From the human T2T-CHM13v2.0 reference genome, Homo sapiens: a stretch of 64,000 bases of DNA. The position numbers and the translations under genes were made by a program. The notes under the pieces were generated by a model that did no database searches, had not been told where the DNA came from, and worked only from the letters and a program-made list of their open reading frames with translations. Numbering within the stretch: position 1 is the first letter of the stretch; the number at the start of each line of letters is the position of its first letter. Below are positions 42,812-57,700 of this stretch, in pieces. Where the stretch lies: assembly GCF_009914755.1 (NCBI RefSeq), contig NC_060940.1; one strand, given 5' to 3'.

Positions 42812-44065
42812 GCATATGCTATTTTCAGAAACGCATTTGAAAATTTGAAAACATCCATGTTTGTGTTCTGAGGATAAAGACAGGTAGAAGAAACATGGGT
42901 GTGAATTAGTAGCTGATTGTCTATCCATACCAACTAAATGCCATCATCATCATCATCACCATAGGTATTTGAAGGTTTTTACTACCTTACTTAGTCCTCT
43001 AAGGCTGAAGTGCTAGCAGGTAGATATTTATTAGTCCCCTTTTAGAGATTAAAGCACTGATCTCAAGAGGTGAAATAACTTGTCCAGCTAGCAAATAATG
43101 GAGCTGGCATCCTGACCCAGATCTGTCCAGCTGCAAAAATCTTTCCTCTCATGAGTTGTTAGCATTATTCCAAACAAAACACTGCCCTAAAAGTGTGAAA
43201 ATGTCCTCAGTTCACCCCTTCTCTGCAGTGGGACCCTGACATTTAAAGGCACACCAAGAGCAGACAGTGCTCCCTGCAGGGCTGGAGGGTAATATCTGAG
43301 GTCTGGGAGGGACAAAATTCACAACCAAGGGTTACTCCCTCCCACCTGTGCCTGACATTTTTCTTTCTAAAAAATCTGCTCATTTCTGTTCTTCTTTCCT
43401 CTTCATCTTCCCCCTCTCCCTTTTCAATATTTTATTTCTTTATCTTATTTGGTGTTTTCATTGCCAAAGTAATTCATGCTTACTATAAAAGCATCAAGCA
43501 ATAGACAAGTGTATAATAAAAAGCAAGAGGTCCAACCCCCAGGAAACTGCTGGGGACAGTTTGGTACCTATCCTTCCACAGTGTTTACTGTGCGCACATC
43601 AGTAAATCAGACTTAATACAATGTTACAAGTTATATAGAAGTGCTGAAATATACACCTAAGAAGCCAGCAGCCTTGGCTATAGTCTCTGGTGCATGCATG
43701 TGGCATGATTGTGCATGGTTCTCAGAAACCTTGTTGCTGCTCCTATCATTCCTTCCTCTACCAGTCCACAAATGTCTAACTGCCTACCATGTGCGAGGTG
43801 CCAAGCTCCGTGCTCAGAACACAGCTGTGAACCAGGTGGACATGGTGCCCTTCCTAGAAACAAAATCTAGGCTGCAAGAATGGTGGCTTTAACTCACTTC
43901 AAGAAACGCATTCACCAAGCACCTTCTCTGTGCCAGCTTTTGCAGGGGATGAGGTGATGTCACAGATATATCAGACACAGCACTGCTCTGAAATGCTCAT
44001 GGAATAATAGAGGAGACAGGCTAGAAAATGAGGTCCATTATTTGTGTTTTAAAATTAGGCCAGGC

Positions 44066-44518
44066 GCACTGTTCACAATAGCAAAGACTTGGAACCAACC
44101 CAATACCCATCAATGACAGACTGGATAAAGAAAATGTGGCACATATACACCACGGAATACTATGTAGCCATAAAAAAGGATTAGTTCATGTCCTTTGCAG
44201 GGACATGGATGAAGCTGGAAACTATCATTCTCAGCAAACTATCACAAGGACAGAAAACTAGACATTGCATATTTTCACTCATAATTGGGAATTGAACAAT
44301 AAGAACACATGGACACAGGGAGGGGAACATCACATACTGGGGCCTGTCAGGGGGTGGGGGGCTAGGGGAGGGATAGCATTATGAGAAATACCTAATGTAG
44401 ATGATGGGTTGATGGGTGCAGCAAACCACCATGGCACGTGTACACCTATGTTACAAACCTGCACATTCTGCACATGTACCCCAGAACTTAAAGTATAATT
44501 TTAAAAATAAATAAATAA
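44066..44518 (+). mobile_element. L1PA (about L1PA6-8) 3' end
   Basis: ttcacaatagcaaagacttggaaccaaccc...cagaacttaaagtataat. Confidence 0.93.
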
Positions 44519-44843
<325 letters not shown>

Positions 44844-44851
44844 TAAAATCA

Positions 44852-45160
44852 GGCCAGCTGCAGTGGCACACTCACGTCTTTAATCCCTTTGCACTGTAAC
44901 CCCTAAGTACTTTGGTAAGCCAAGGCAGGAGGACCACATGAGGTCAGAAGTTCAAGACCAGCCTCGGCAACATAGAAGTTTAATTTAAAAAAAAATTAAA
45001 TTTAAAAATAGCCAGGTACAGTGGTGCACACCTGTAGCCCCAGCTACTCAGGGCTGACGCAGGAGGATCACTTGAGCCCAGGAGTTTGAGGCTGCAGTGA
45101 CTGATTGTCATGCCACTGCACTCCAACCTGGGTGACACAGCGAGATCCTGTCTCTAAGTA
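44852..45160 (+). mobile_element. AluJ
   Basis: ggaggatcacttgagcccaggagtttgaggctgcagtga. Confidence 0.88.
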
Positions 45161-46848
45161 ATAATGATGATGATAAATTAAAAAATAATAATTTTTATTA
45201 TGTTGTTGTTACTAACAAAATTTATTGAGCCCTTCCTAGATGTCATACACTATACTAAGTACTTTACAAGCATTAAGTAATTTCATCCTTTTAAGGACCG
45301 TTTGAGGTAACTGTGATGATTATTCCCACCTCATAGATGCAGACACTAAAGCTCAAAGAAGATGAGTGCCTTGCCTGAGGTCTCACGGCTGGTGAATGAC
45401 TGGGCTGTGACTCAAGCCAAGAGCTGTTTGTCTCCAAGACTCTTAAAGACTCTTTTTTAAAACCAGCATGCTATTCCATTTCATGGTATTCTCTTTTTCT
45501 CCCTCATTAGCAGATTCCTACAGAACCCACATGACTCTACTGTTCCTGCCCCAATTTATTTTTGCCTGAGTCTCCCCACTTTGGGCAAAAGCCTCGCTTG
45601 AACTATATCGATAGCTACAATGACTGAAAATTGTGTCACGTATCACATAGAATCTCTGTTCCCAAGGTACCCAGAGAGACTGAAATAGGTCCGTTAACAG
45701 TCATGTGTTTTACATTCCACTTGGAGGGTTAACATTCAGGGTCACCCTTCTTCTGAGCCTTAAAAACCAGGGGTATCAAAGTAATGAGGGAGTGCGAGCA
45801 TTCCATGGAGTTTGGATTAATGATCTGTGAGCCTCTGTTCAGCCCTGAATGCGTGTCATTTTTAGAGTTCAGCCTGGCAAGAAAACTTAACAAGAATCCT
45901 GGTCAAAAGAAGTCTCAGTCATTTAATGACAAAGGGTAACTGGACAACCTACCACCAGCAATTTATTTTTAGACCAAGTTAAGTCATACTTCTATGCATG
46001 ACCTCACTCCCATGACTCTCCTGCCCTGCCCCCAGTTACTGTCCTCAGCTCTATGATGCAAATATTCTGCAGATGTGTCTCTGCCCTGCAAGATTCCCTA
46101 GACAGCTTTACCTTGACTACAGATATGTCAATGTCCGCCACCATAGAAAGGTCTTTCTGACCTTTCTGAACTGAACTGAACTGATGCTAGCTTGTTCCAT
46201 CAAGACCCCTTCTTTCACTGTGCAAACTGTCCCCCAAGCTCCTGTGCTCCAATCAGACAATCAGAACTTTCCATTCATTTCAGCAAAGTTCTATTGAGCT
46301 TCCACTCTGGGTTGGGTAGCAGGCTAGGCTGGGGACAGAAAGATGAATGAGACCCATGCCTTATGAGACACATGATACTCACAGTGAGGAGGAGAGAGCA
46401 GATGACTTACACTGAAACAAAAACAATAATGTTTCACATCCAATAATATAATAATAAACAAGACACAGAGGAAGGGGTTATTTCTTCTCTTCTGAGAGAA
46501 TAGGAAACAACAAAGATACATTTCTACAGAGAAGGGCTTTAAAGGATGAATAGGAGTTTTCCAGGGAGAAAAGGAGAAAAGGTCATTTCTGGCAGAGCCA
46601 ACCAAAGCAGAAAATTCTGAAAGTGAATGTTTGACAGGAGCTGCAGAGAGGGAAGAAGAGGGTGACACATAATTCAGTAAAGTGATTGTGTTGAACATGG
46701 AACAGCAGAGGGGTGGGAGATGAGCATAAGAAGTTGTGATGGTTCCTTGACACCTTGCTTATTTTTGTAATTTTTTTTTTTTAGATTTTGAAATAATTTG
46801 ATCCTAACAGGAAAGTTGTAAGCTTGGTATAAAGAGCGCTCATATACA

Positions 46849-47168
<320 letters not shown>

Positions 47169-47475
47169 CTAGTCTTCCTAAAATCGTCAATATTTTACCA
47201 CACTTGCTTTATCATCTTTTCTTGATACATACATATTGCATTTGTATTTTTTTATGAATTGTTTGAGAATGAGTTGGGGTCATGATATTCCTTTACCCCT
47301 AATCACTTCAGTGTGTATTTCCTAAGACCATGGTCATTTTCTTAGGTAACTACCATATAAAGTCAGGAAATTGACATTGACTTAATACCATTATCTAATC
47401 CACAAACCTTATTAATATGTCACCAATTTTCCCAATAATTTCTTTTATAGTAACAAAAAGAAAATGTTGACCACC

Positions 47476-47833
47476 TGTATTAGTCCATTTTCACACTGCT
47501 ATAAAGAGCTGCCTCAGACTGGGTGATTTATTAAAAAAAAGAGATTTAATTGGCCCACAGTTCTGCATGGCTGGGGAGGTCTCAGGGAATTTACAATCAT
47601 GGCAGAAGGGGAAACAGGCATGTCTTACATGGCGGCAGGCAAGAGAGGAGAGCAGGGGAAACAGCCACTTATAAAACCATCGGCTTTCTTGAAAACTCAC
47701 TCACTATCACAAGAACAGCATGGAGGAAAGAGCCCCCATGATCCAGTCACCTCCCACCAGGTCCCTCCCTTGACATGTGGAGATTACAGTTAGAGATGAG
47801 ATTTGGGTGGGGACACAGAGTCAAACCTTATCA
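47476..47833 (-). mobile_element. THE1D/MSTA-type MaLR solo LTR
   Basis: tgtattagtccattttcacactgctataaag...aaaccttatca with a perfect TSD ccacc. Confidence 0.93.
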
Positions 47834-49774
47834 CCACCCTATTTACAATTGGGACTCCACCCCTCTCAACATGTCCTGGGCCCTGGCTCTGCTTTTTCTC
47901 TGTAGCATTTTCTGACCTCTAACATGTAGCATTATTCCTATTTCTAAAATGTCTCTCCCTTCCCACCATCCCACTAGAATGTAGATCTATGAGGTCAAGA
48001 ACTTTTGTCCATTTTGCTCACTGTCGTATCAACACCCAGGAGAGTGACTGCCACATGAAAGTTATTCAATAAATAGTCTGAATGACTGAATGGCCAAACC
48101 TGGAGGTATCTCTTCCCAACCCCTCTTCCTCTTATTTTTTTAAGCAAAAAACAATAGGCTATTTTTTCATGCCAAGAAAACTGAGCCTCCGTGTTAGTGT
48201 TTTTCTCCCTTTAAGTTCTTGCTTGGGGTTTTCTTATTTTGCCTCCTGATAGGTACGTAGGGTATATTGCAAAGGAGAAGGTTATCCCCAGAACAGCTAG
48301 GGCTTCTTCTAAGAATAGCCCAAGTCAACTGAATCTCCCCTGGGTCTCCTATACAGATGTGAAAGTCCTTGACATGCAATGGTATCTATCCCTCTGCAAA
48401 CAGAGTGAGCATCTTTAGATCTAATTGAAAGATTAAAAAGAAGATCCCCAGCTGGAAGGTCAATTTATAGATTCCACAGTTAAATCAAGCCACATTCCTA
48501 AGCACATGGGACACAAACCTTGCATTAAATCAAAGACTTAATCCAAGTTAAGCCACCCTGGATGAGGAGCTAGAGCTGGAGACATGTAATTAACACCAGC
48601 CAGTCAGCACCAACTGCTTCAGATGACAGGTCCACAGCCTGGAAAACCTTGTTACAATTTCCAGGAGGGCTTTGGGGATGCTTGTTCTCAAGTTCCAGAG
48701 ACGGTGGGCTTTGCTTCTTTCCATCTGATCTCAACTACTGACCACCAGGCTCCCTGCACTCCAGCCCCACCAACCTCCTTGCCACTTCTCAAACATGTCA
48801 AGGACGCTTCCATTTCAAGGTCATTTGCACCTGCTCTCTCCCTGAGCTCCCTCTGGACTTTGCTCAAATGTCACCTCTCTCTCACTCTATTTATTTCTGT
48901 AAGCCTCTCTCCTCCTTGTCACCTGCTATTCCCTCCTGCTGTATCCCTTCCCGCCACTCTTATCCCACCTGACACACTGCACATTGTACTTATCCATTTA
49001 CTCTTTCTTCCCCTGAGAAACCCCATGAAGGCAGGACTTGTGCTTTTTCATTCAATGTTCCCTCACCAATCATCTAGAACAGTATGTAGCATATATCAGG
49101 CACTCAGTACCTAACTGCTGAGTTAATTTGTTGGCTAGTTATCTGATTGATTGATTGACTGATTGATTGGGTGGTTAATTAAATGGTTAATTAATTTACC
49201 TCCTGAGGCTGGGCCCCCATATGGCCACCTAGCTAAGAAACACCATCAAACCTGGGGCTGGGTATTTTGGTTACGAAGGCAAATAAGAGCTACCTAGAAA
49301 TGCCCTGACGCCAGATGTCTTCAATATTCTGAGACCTGAGTCTCTGTTATAGGTTGGTGTCCTTGGGATAAAGTTCAAGTTCTCTGTCCCTTTGGTTCTT
49401 ACCTTGAGGAACTCCATCTTCCACCCCTGAACTGCTCACCTACCCTCCAGTGAACTAGAACTTTTGTCAGCTCCTCAAAGTCACCAGGTTCTTGCCACAT
49501 ATGACGTCTCTTCCTAGAACAGTCCTCTCCATCATGCCATAGTCTTCAACTCTGGCCAGCACCTGCTCCCCAGGTGTCCCCTGTCTGCACTCACCACACT
49601 CTTCTTGCAGTGAATCACCAGACTGTGGGTTCCACGAAGCAAGAGCCCTTGCCTTCTTCTTCCCCATGGTATCCCAGTGTCTAGGGCATTGCCAGACTCA
49701 TGCTTGAATATTTGCTAATTTGGATAGGAGTTATCATCTTATTTCACAGATGGAAGTTATGAACTTTTTACACA

Positions 49775-50592
49775 CCTAATGTACAGGAATTTTCACACTA
49801 AACAATCCTCCAATTCTCTGTGGATACCAATTGGGTATTCTATAATTAAATTAAACTTTGGCACTGCCTACCTGGTGTTACCGTCAGACCCTATGAGTGA
49901 AGGGTTCCAACCCACAAGAAGGCCCCCAACCTCTGAGGCCAGTTGCAAATCCCAGGTTGCTACCTGTACTCCTAAGCAACCAGCTATAAATCGGGGGTTC
50001 CTGCAACCCACTCTCAGGTTTGATAATTTGTTAAAATGACTCCCAGAAATCAGAAAAGTGTTTTAATTACTACTACTGGTTTATTATAAAGGATGAAAGT
50101 CAATAACAGCCCAATGGAAGGGAAGCATAGGGGAAGGATGGGAGAAGGGCCCCATGCACACCAGCCTCCCAGCTCCATGCGCTCACCAACTCAGAAGCTC
50201 TCTGAACCCCATCCTTTAGTATTATGGAGGTTCCACTACATAGGTGTGATTAAACCATTGGCTATTTGGTGATTAGGTCAATGGTTGTTGACTTCAGCCT
50301 CTCTCCTCTCCTTGAGGTGGGAAGTAAGATTTGGGGTGGGCAATGAGCCTAATAGCTCCTCCAACCTTTTAATCATGAGGTTGGTTTCTCTATAGCCAGC
50401 CCCATCCTGAATCTATCTAGAGCTCACCAAGAGTCCCCTCATTTGCGAAAACTCAGGAATCGTTGAAAGGGACTTGTTATGAACAACAAAAGATGCTCCC
50501 CTAAACCCATCATTCAGGAAATTCCAAGGGTTTTAGAAGTTCTGTGTCAGGAACCAGGACAAAGACTAAATATATACTTCTTCCTTCATCGC
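49775..50592 (-). mobile_element. MER21C-like solo LTR
   Basis: tcccaggttgctacctgtact...ggctataaatcggggg...aattccaagggttttagaagttctgtgtcaggaacc. Confidence 0.85.
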
Positions 50593-50962
50593 AGAGGTTA
50601 AATATAGTGTAGTGGTAAGACCACAGCTTTGAAGACCATGAGTTCAAATCCCAACTCTTCCACTTAATGGCTATGTGACCTTAAACAAGTTATCTCAGCT
50701 CTCTACATCTTTTTCTCATTTATAAAATAACGATCATGGTAAATTTATAATTCATTCAACACCGTTCTCAAGGCTAGGAATATGGCAGTAAACAATAGAT
50801 TGGCCCAAAGTGATATTCGAGCCAAAACCCAAATGGTGAGAAGAATTTCGCCACCTTGAGCCTAAAAGGAAGAACCTTCAAGGCAGAGGGAATATCATGC
50901 CTGAAGGTGTTGAGGCAGGAACAACCTCATAGTGTTCAGGAAAGATAAAAGAAGGCCAGGCC

Positions 50963-51356
<394 letters not shown>

Positions 51357-51800
51357 CTACCCAACTCCAGACCCCAAGGTTCACCTCTAGCTCTGAAAAG
51401 GAGCACAGCTTCTCCAGCCACATCTGCCTCATTTTGCCTCAACTGCAATTGGAATCGTTCTCTGATTGGCTCCCCTGGGTACGTCCTGACCTTCTCAATC
51501 CCCCACTTCTGTGCCCTACCATCCCCTTAAGTGACACTGTCAGCCAGGTTTGCCTGGCTCTCAAGCTGCAAATCTCTAAGACAGAAGTCAATGGGTAATG
51601 AGAATAAGAAAATGTGAAGGACTAGAACTCCAGATCTTGATGCTACTGGTATTAGTTAGGTCAGAGAAGATAATAATTTGACATCCTAGGAACCCAAATT
51701 TCCATCCCCGTCTAACTCCACTATCCAGTGCTAAATTCAATGGCTTATACCAATGCTATTTGATTCTTAATCAGTGTCTGCTCCATCTGGTCCCTTTACA

Positions 51801-52026
51801 GTACTGATTCTCAACCGGGGCAATTTTGCTCCCTAAGGGACATTTCGCAATATCGGGAGACACTTTTGGTTGTCACAACTGGGGTGGATGGTGCTACTGC
51901 TATTTGGTGGGTAGAGGCCAGGGATGCTGCAAAACATACAGCAGTGCACAGGACAGCCTGCCCCTGTCCCCAACAACAAATTTTCCTGCCCAAAATGCCA
52001 ACAGTGCCAAGGTTGAAAAATGCTGC
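51801..52026 (+). mobile_element. MER20
   Basis: ttctcaaccggggcaattttgc...ggttgtcacaactgggg...gtgccaaggttga. Confidence 0.92.
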
Positions 52027-52449
52027 TTTTAAGTAACACAGCTCACCCTGCATAAACATTAAACATATATATAAAGAGATGTTAAAATGTATTTGTATGC
52101 AGATAAATGCAAATTAAAACATTAATGAGATATTTCACACCTCGCAAGCAGACAAATTTCAAAAAGGACAAATATTGGCAGAAAAGTGGGGACATAGGAA
52201 CCCTCAGGCACAGCTGGTGGAGGGTATGCTGGTGTGACCTGTTACTATTTAGTCAAAGGAAGATTCACAGACGCAAGGACCAGCAGTTCTATAAGAAAGT
52301 CTTACAAAGCTCCTTAGAAAGACACATACGGAAATAATCATTGCAAGGTTATTTGTGGAAGGTGGAGGTAACGAGGTTGTCTATCATTGGGGAACTAGGC
52401 AGATAAAAGTGGATGAGCAAATACCGTGGGGTATTAGAAGTGACCTTTT

Positions 52450-52779
<330 letters not shown>

Positions 52780-53261
52780 TAGATGTACAAATAGCAATAG
52801 AGATGGACCTTACAGCTTTAATGAGAGTGAGGAGGGGGAGTTAAAAAAAAAAAACAACAGCATGAGACGATTAATACAATTCCACATGCATCAATCTTTT
52901 TCAAAGTGTACACATTGGGAGAGTAAATTGGCACATGTACTTTGGAAATTTATTTGATAGTATTTACTAAAGCTCAATATAAATACTTTGAACCAGCAAA
53001 TTCCACTCCTGGAATTATACTCAAGAGATATGAGTGTTTGTGTCCACCAAAAGACATGTACACATTTAATCCATAATAGCCCCAAACCAGAAACAGCCAG
53101 TTGTTAATAAAGAAATTGAGGTATATGCATACAATAGAATACAATACAACAATGAAAATACGGATGCATCTCATAGACATCCCATTAAGCAAAATAAGCC
53201 AGGCACAAAGAATAGACACAGAATGCTTCCTTTCATGAAGTTCAAAACCAGGCAAAACTAA

Positions 53262-53501
<240 letters not shown>

Positions 53502-53892
53502 TGACGGGGAGACTCCTGCAGTGTCAGAAATATTCTATATGTTCATCTAGGTGGTGATTACACAAGATCTATACGTATCTAAGAAAATATCATGCAGTCC
53601 ACATAAGGTCTGTGCTCTTTATGTTAATTATACCTTAACTACAAATAAAACTTAGGATGGAGGACTTTCAAAAGATATGGATTCAATTGACAATACCAAG
53701 CACTGGCAAGCATGCAGAGTAATTAGGAATTTTCATATACTGCCAGTAGGAAAGCAAAATGACATAGCCCTTCTGGAAAACAGTTTGGCGGTTTTTTATA
53801 AAGTTAAATATACACTTATAATGTGACCCTGTAATCTCACCCCCAGGTGCCCTAAAGAAATAAAAACACGTTTGTACAAAAACCCATCCACA

Positions 53893-54270
53893 GGGCTGGG
53901 TACGGGTGGCTCAAACCTGTAGTCCTAGAACTTTGGGAGGCTAAGGCAGGCAGATCACCTGAGGTCAGGAGCTCGAGACCAGTCTAGCCAATATGGTGAA
54001 ACCCCATCTGTACTAAAATTACAAAAATTAGCCGAGCGTGGTGGCAGGTGTCTGTAATCCCATCTACTCAGGAAGCTGAGGCAGGAGAATTGCTTGAACT
54101 TCGGAGGTGGAGGTTGCAGTGAGCCAAGATGGTGCCACTGAGCCGAATCCATCAAAAGAAAAGAAAAGGAGAAACAAAAGAAAAGAAAAGGAAGGGAAGG
54201 GAAGGGAAAGAAAAGGAAAAGGAAAAGGAAAGAGAGGGAGGGAGGAAGGAAGGAAGGAAGGAAGGAAGGA
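53893..54270 (+). mobile_element. AluS with deleted 3' segment and GA-rich tail
   Basis: gccactgagccgaatccatc replaces the normal 3' end. TSD aaaacc(c/t)at(c/a)cacag. Confidence 0.88.
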
Positions 54271-54490
54271 AAACCTATACACAGATACACAAATTTATAG
54301 ACGCTCTATTCATAGTTAGCAAAACCTGGAGAAAATCTAAATAGCCTCCAAAGAGGAAGTGGATAAACAAACATCCACACCATGGAATACTATTCGGCAA
54401 TTAAACAACAAACAAACTCCTGATACATAATAACCAGAATGAATCTCACAGGCATTATCCTGAGTGAAATAAGTCAGCCTCAAAAGGTTA

Positions 54491-54868
54491 TTATCTTAGT
54501 CCATTCAGGTTGCTATATAACAAAATACCGTAAACTTGGTGGCTTATAAGCAAACGAAATTTATTTCACACAGTTGCGGAGGCTAAAAGTTCAAGATCAG
54601 GGGGCCAGCATGGTGAGGGCCTTCCTCTAGATTGAGGGCCCTCCTCCAGGTTGCAAATGGCCAACTTCCCATTATATCTTCAAGTGGTAGAAAGAGCATG
54701 AGAGACTTCTCTGGGGTCCCTTTTATAAGGGCACTAATCCCATTCATGAGGGCTCCACCCTCATGATCTAATTATCTTCCAAAAGCCTCACTTCTAAATA
54801 GCATCATATTGGGGATTATATTTCAGCATGGGAATTTGCAGGAGGACACAAACATTCAGCCCACAACA
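54491..54868 (-). mobile_element. MSTD/MLT1A0-type MaLR LTR
   Basis: tcttagtccattcagg...ataagggcactaatcccattcatgagggctccaccctcatga. Confidence 0.88.
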
Positions 54869-55299
54869 TGACTTTCTTGAAAAGACAAAAGCATAATGAT
54901 GGAAACAGATCAGTGGTTGCCAGGGACTATGGGTGGGGGAAGCATGCAACTATAAGGAATAACATGAAGGACTTCTTTGGAATGATGAAAGTGTTCGGTA
55001 TCTTAATTGTGCTCAAAGTGGTTACATTAATCTATATATGTGTTAAAATTCATAGAACCATGCATCAAAAAAAGAGTCGACTTTACTATATGTACTTAAA
55101 GTATAAAATAAATGAGATATTGATTCAGAGTCATATTCCACAATTAATAACTATATTAGGAATAAACAAATACGCGCACACAATATATATTCTTCAAGAA
55201 TATACACAAACAAAAGATATACATTAAGCACACACGATGGCCTATTAAGGGTAGGAAATGTAAGTAACTAGAGTGAGGTGGTGGGGATGAAAGGAAATG

Positions 55300-55820
55300 A
55301 ACCCAGAGACAAATCAGTGAGAGACACATTTGATAATGCAACTAGGAAGACTTACAGGAGTGAGAAGCGATTGTACTCACAGCTATGGTTTATTACAGGA
55401 TCGGCAAGGGGCAAGGGACACACAGCAGGTAGAATCTGGAAGAATCCATGCACAGACTCCCAGTGTTCTCCCCACCTCTCTCTAGCCCTAGGGATCACGG
55501 TGAATATGTTCTTTCAGCAACACCTCTGCAGTGTTTCTGCCTAGAGAAGCCCACGTTTAGGCTCAAAGTTTGGGTGTTTTATTGAGAGCTGGTCACATAA
55601 GCACAAAAACTAGTAACAACTATTGAAATTCCAGGCTCCTGGAAAGGAAGCAGGTATTCTGGGCGCGAAGCAGGTATTCTGGGCGCTAAGCGGGCAAAAC
55701 AGTGTTTTACATAGTTAGATAACAATGCAAAAGCCAAGTTCCCAGATGCCAGTGAAGAGCCAAGCCTGAAAGCAAGCCTTTCTAAAGATGGCAACCTCAT
55801 GCTGACTATGTTAATTCTCC
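55300..55820 (-). mobile_element. MER21A/B-like LTR
   Basis: ccaagttcccagatgccag...gcctttctaaagat...ctatgttaa.tct. Confidence 0.7.
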
Positions 55821-55909
55821 CTTGCCCTGGGTCCTTGCAGAGACCCATGTGGATGTGCCACGAGCCTGTGATCCAAAAAAATAAAATAAAATAATTTTTT
55901 TAAAACTAG

Positions 55910-56076
55910 GATCTGCTTCTGGTTTTCAATTCTTCTATTATTTAAGTCATGCAACAGTGTTAACCAGGCAGGCTCACTAGCATGATGGATGGATAAATAA
56001 GTGGGTGGGTAGGCCGACGGATGAATGGATGGATAGACGAATGGACGGATGGATGAATGGACACATGGATGGATAG
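55910..56076 (+). repeat. Local duplication B, copy 1 (unique flank plus GGAT repeat)
   Basis: 41-bp identity with copy 2 at offset 818. Confidence 0.92.
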
Positions 56077-56727
56077 AAGCAAAATAAAATCAATACTGTA
56101 TGAGCCAAACAAAACAATGGCTTGAGCATTCTGTTTCTAATGATGCTCTCAGGAATGCAGCCACAAGGAAACTCTGCCCTCACCTCCACCCCATGAGGCA
56201 GAAACTGGCCACCAGTGACAGGGAAACAAAGTGGATTCCTCGAATGTCATTGTTATTAAAACAAAACTAGTCCCAGAAAACTGACCTGAATGTATTTTTT
56301 CTCTCACTTTTGGCCTGACTGTCTAATAACCAAAAGTCACCAGAAAAAAAAAATTTTTTCTCAGCAAATGCTTAAAAACAGAGAAGACCCCCAAAGTACA
56401 CAGGGGCAGAGAACAACTCACAAATCTCAAGAATAAAATAAAGATGAAAGATTCTCACCCTACTGCAATGACTCTCCCAGCCCACTGCCACCAAAGCTTC
56501 TGAGATTAAAAAGAGAAATTATTTAATATATGCAGTTTCAATTTTTAAAGTTTCAGGCATGAAAGAGCTTTTGCTCCCTAATGATGTCCCTCAGATGTAG
56601 CAAGACCTGGTCTCTCTTTCACTGAAGAATTGCCTTCATTTTCACCACAGACTTCCCTTGCCTCAAAGACAGATGCTCAGTCAGAGAAAGGAGCCTGAGG
56701 ATCCACAGAAACTCTCTGATATTAATT

Positions 56728-56862
56728 GATCTGCTCCTAGTTTTCAGTTATTCTATTTTTTAAAACATGCGACAGTGTTAACCAGGCAGGCTCACTAGCA
56801 TGATGGATGGATGAGTGAGTGGGTGGGTAGGTTGATGGATGAATGGATGGACAGATGAACAA

Positions 56863-56894
<32 letters not shown>

Positions 56895-56995
56895 ATGGAT
56901 GGATGGATGGATGGACAGATGGACGGACAGATGAATGGATGGATGGATGGGTGGGTGGATGGATGGATGGATGGAAAAATAGATGGATGGATGTA
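56728..56995 (+). repeat. Local duplication B, copy 2, with expanded (GGAT)n
   Basis: gatctgc...acagtgttaaccaggcaggctcactagcatgatggatggat followed by a longer, purer GGAT array. Confidence 0.92.
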
Positions 56996-57399
56996 TAGAT
57001 GGAGATAGATATAGACAGAACTAGATACAGACAAATAGAGACATCGTTAAAGAGAGAGAGAGAGGTAATTATTTATTTTTGCAACAAGTATTTATTATCT
57101 ACTTTAGGTCAGGCACTGCTCCAGCTTATAACTGTTTGTTATAACAGTAACCAAAACAAACAAACATCCACTACCTTCCCGGAGCTTAGAGAGAGACTAT
57201 AAAAAATAAAAATAATATATAGAATTATAGATGGTGTTAAGTGCTATGGAGAGAGCAACATCAAGTAAAGCGTCTTGGGACCGGCTGGGAAGAGTTCCAG
57301 TTCTTAAAGAATAGGGTCAGGAAAGGACTCACCAGAAAAGTGACTTTTGAATGAAGACCTAAAAGAGATGAGAGTGTTCGGGTTCAATATTACTTTTTA

Positions 57400-57700
57400 A
57401 ATAGACAGACTTAACTACCTGAGAAAAAAACAGGCATATCCCAAAAATACTAGGACAAGGGAAAATTATAAAAGTTGATTTAACACCAACAGGTATGTAA
57501 AGGAGATGATGACATAATGCTTAGTTCCTGGCAAGATTTAGATTGGAGAAAAATAGCATGACATGGGCACACTTGGAAGAAACCAATGGGCTATCACCAA
57601 GAAGGACCTGCTCGAGCTCAAGATAACCAGGAAACATAACCACCTCTTATGTTATAATAATGTGGTAACACAAAAAGATGGGATGGCATGTCACATATTG
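57400..57700 (+). mobile_element. Putative RTE-clade LINE ORF C-terminal fragment
   Basis: RKIA*HGHTWKKP..ITKKDL resembles RTE RRWKWIGHTLRK...ITRQAL. YLRK upstream resembles CLRKIL. Confidence 0.45.

Noticed and set aside
48623-49114. 163-aa ORF, the longest in the window
   Set aside because: Mostly pyrimidine-rich L2 sequence, which is poor in stop codons.
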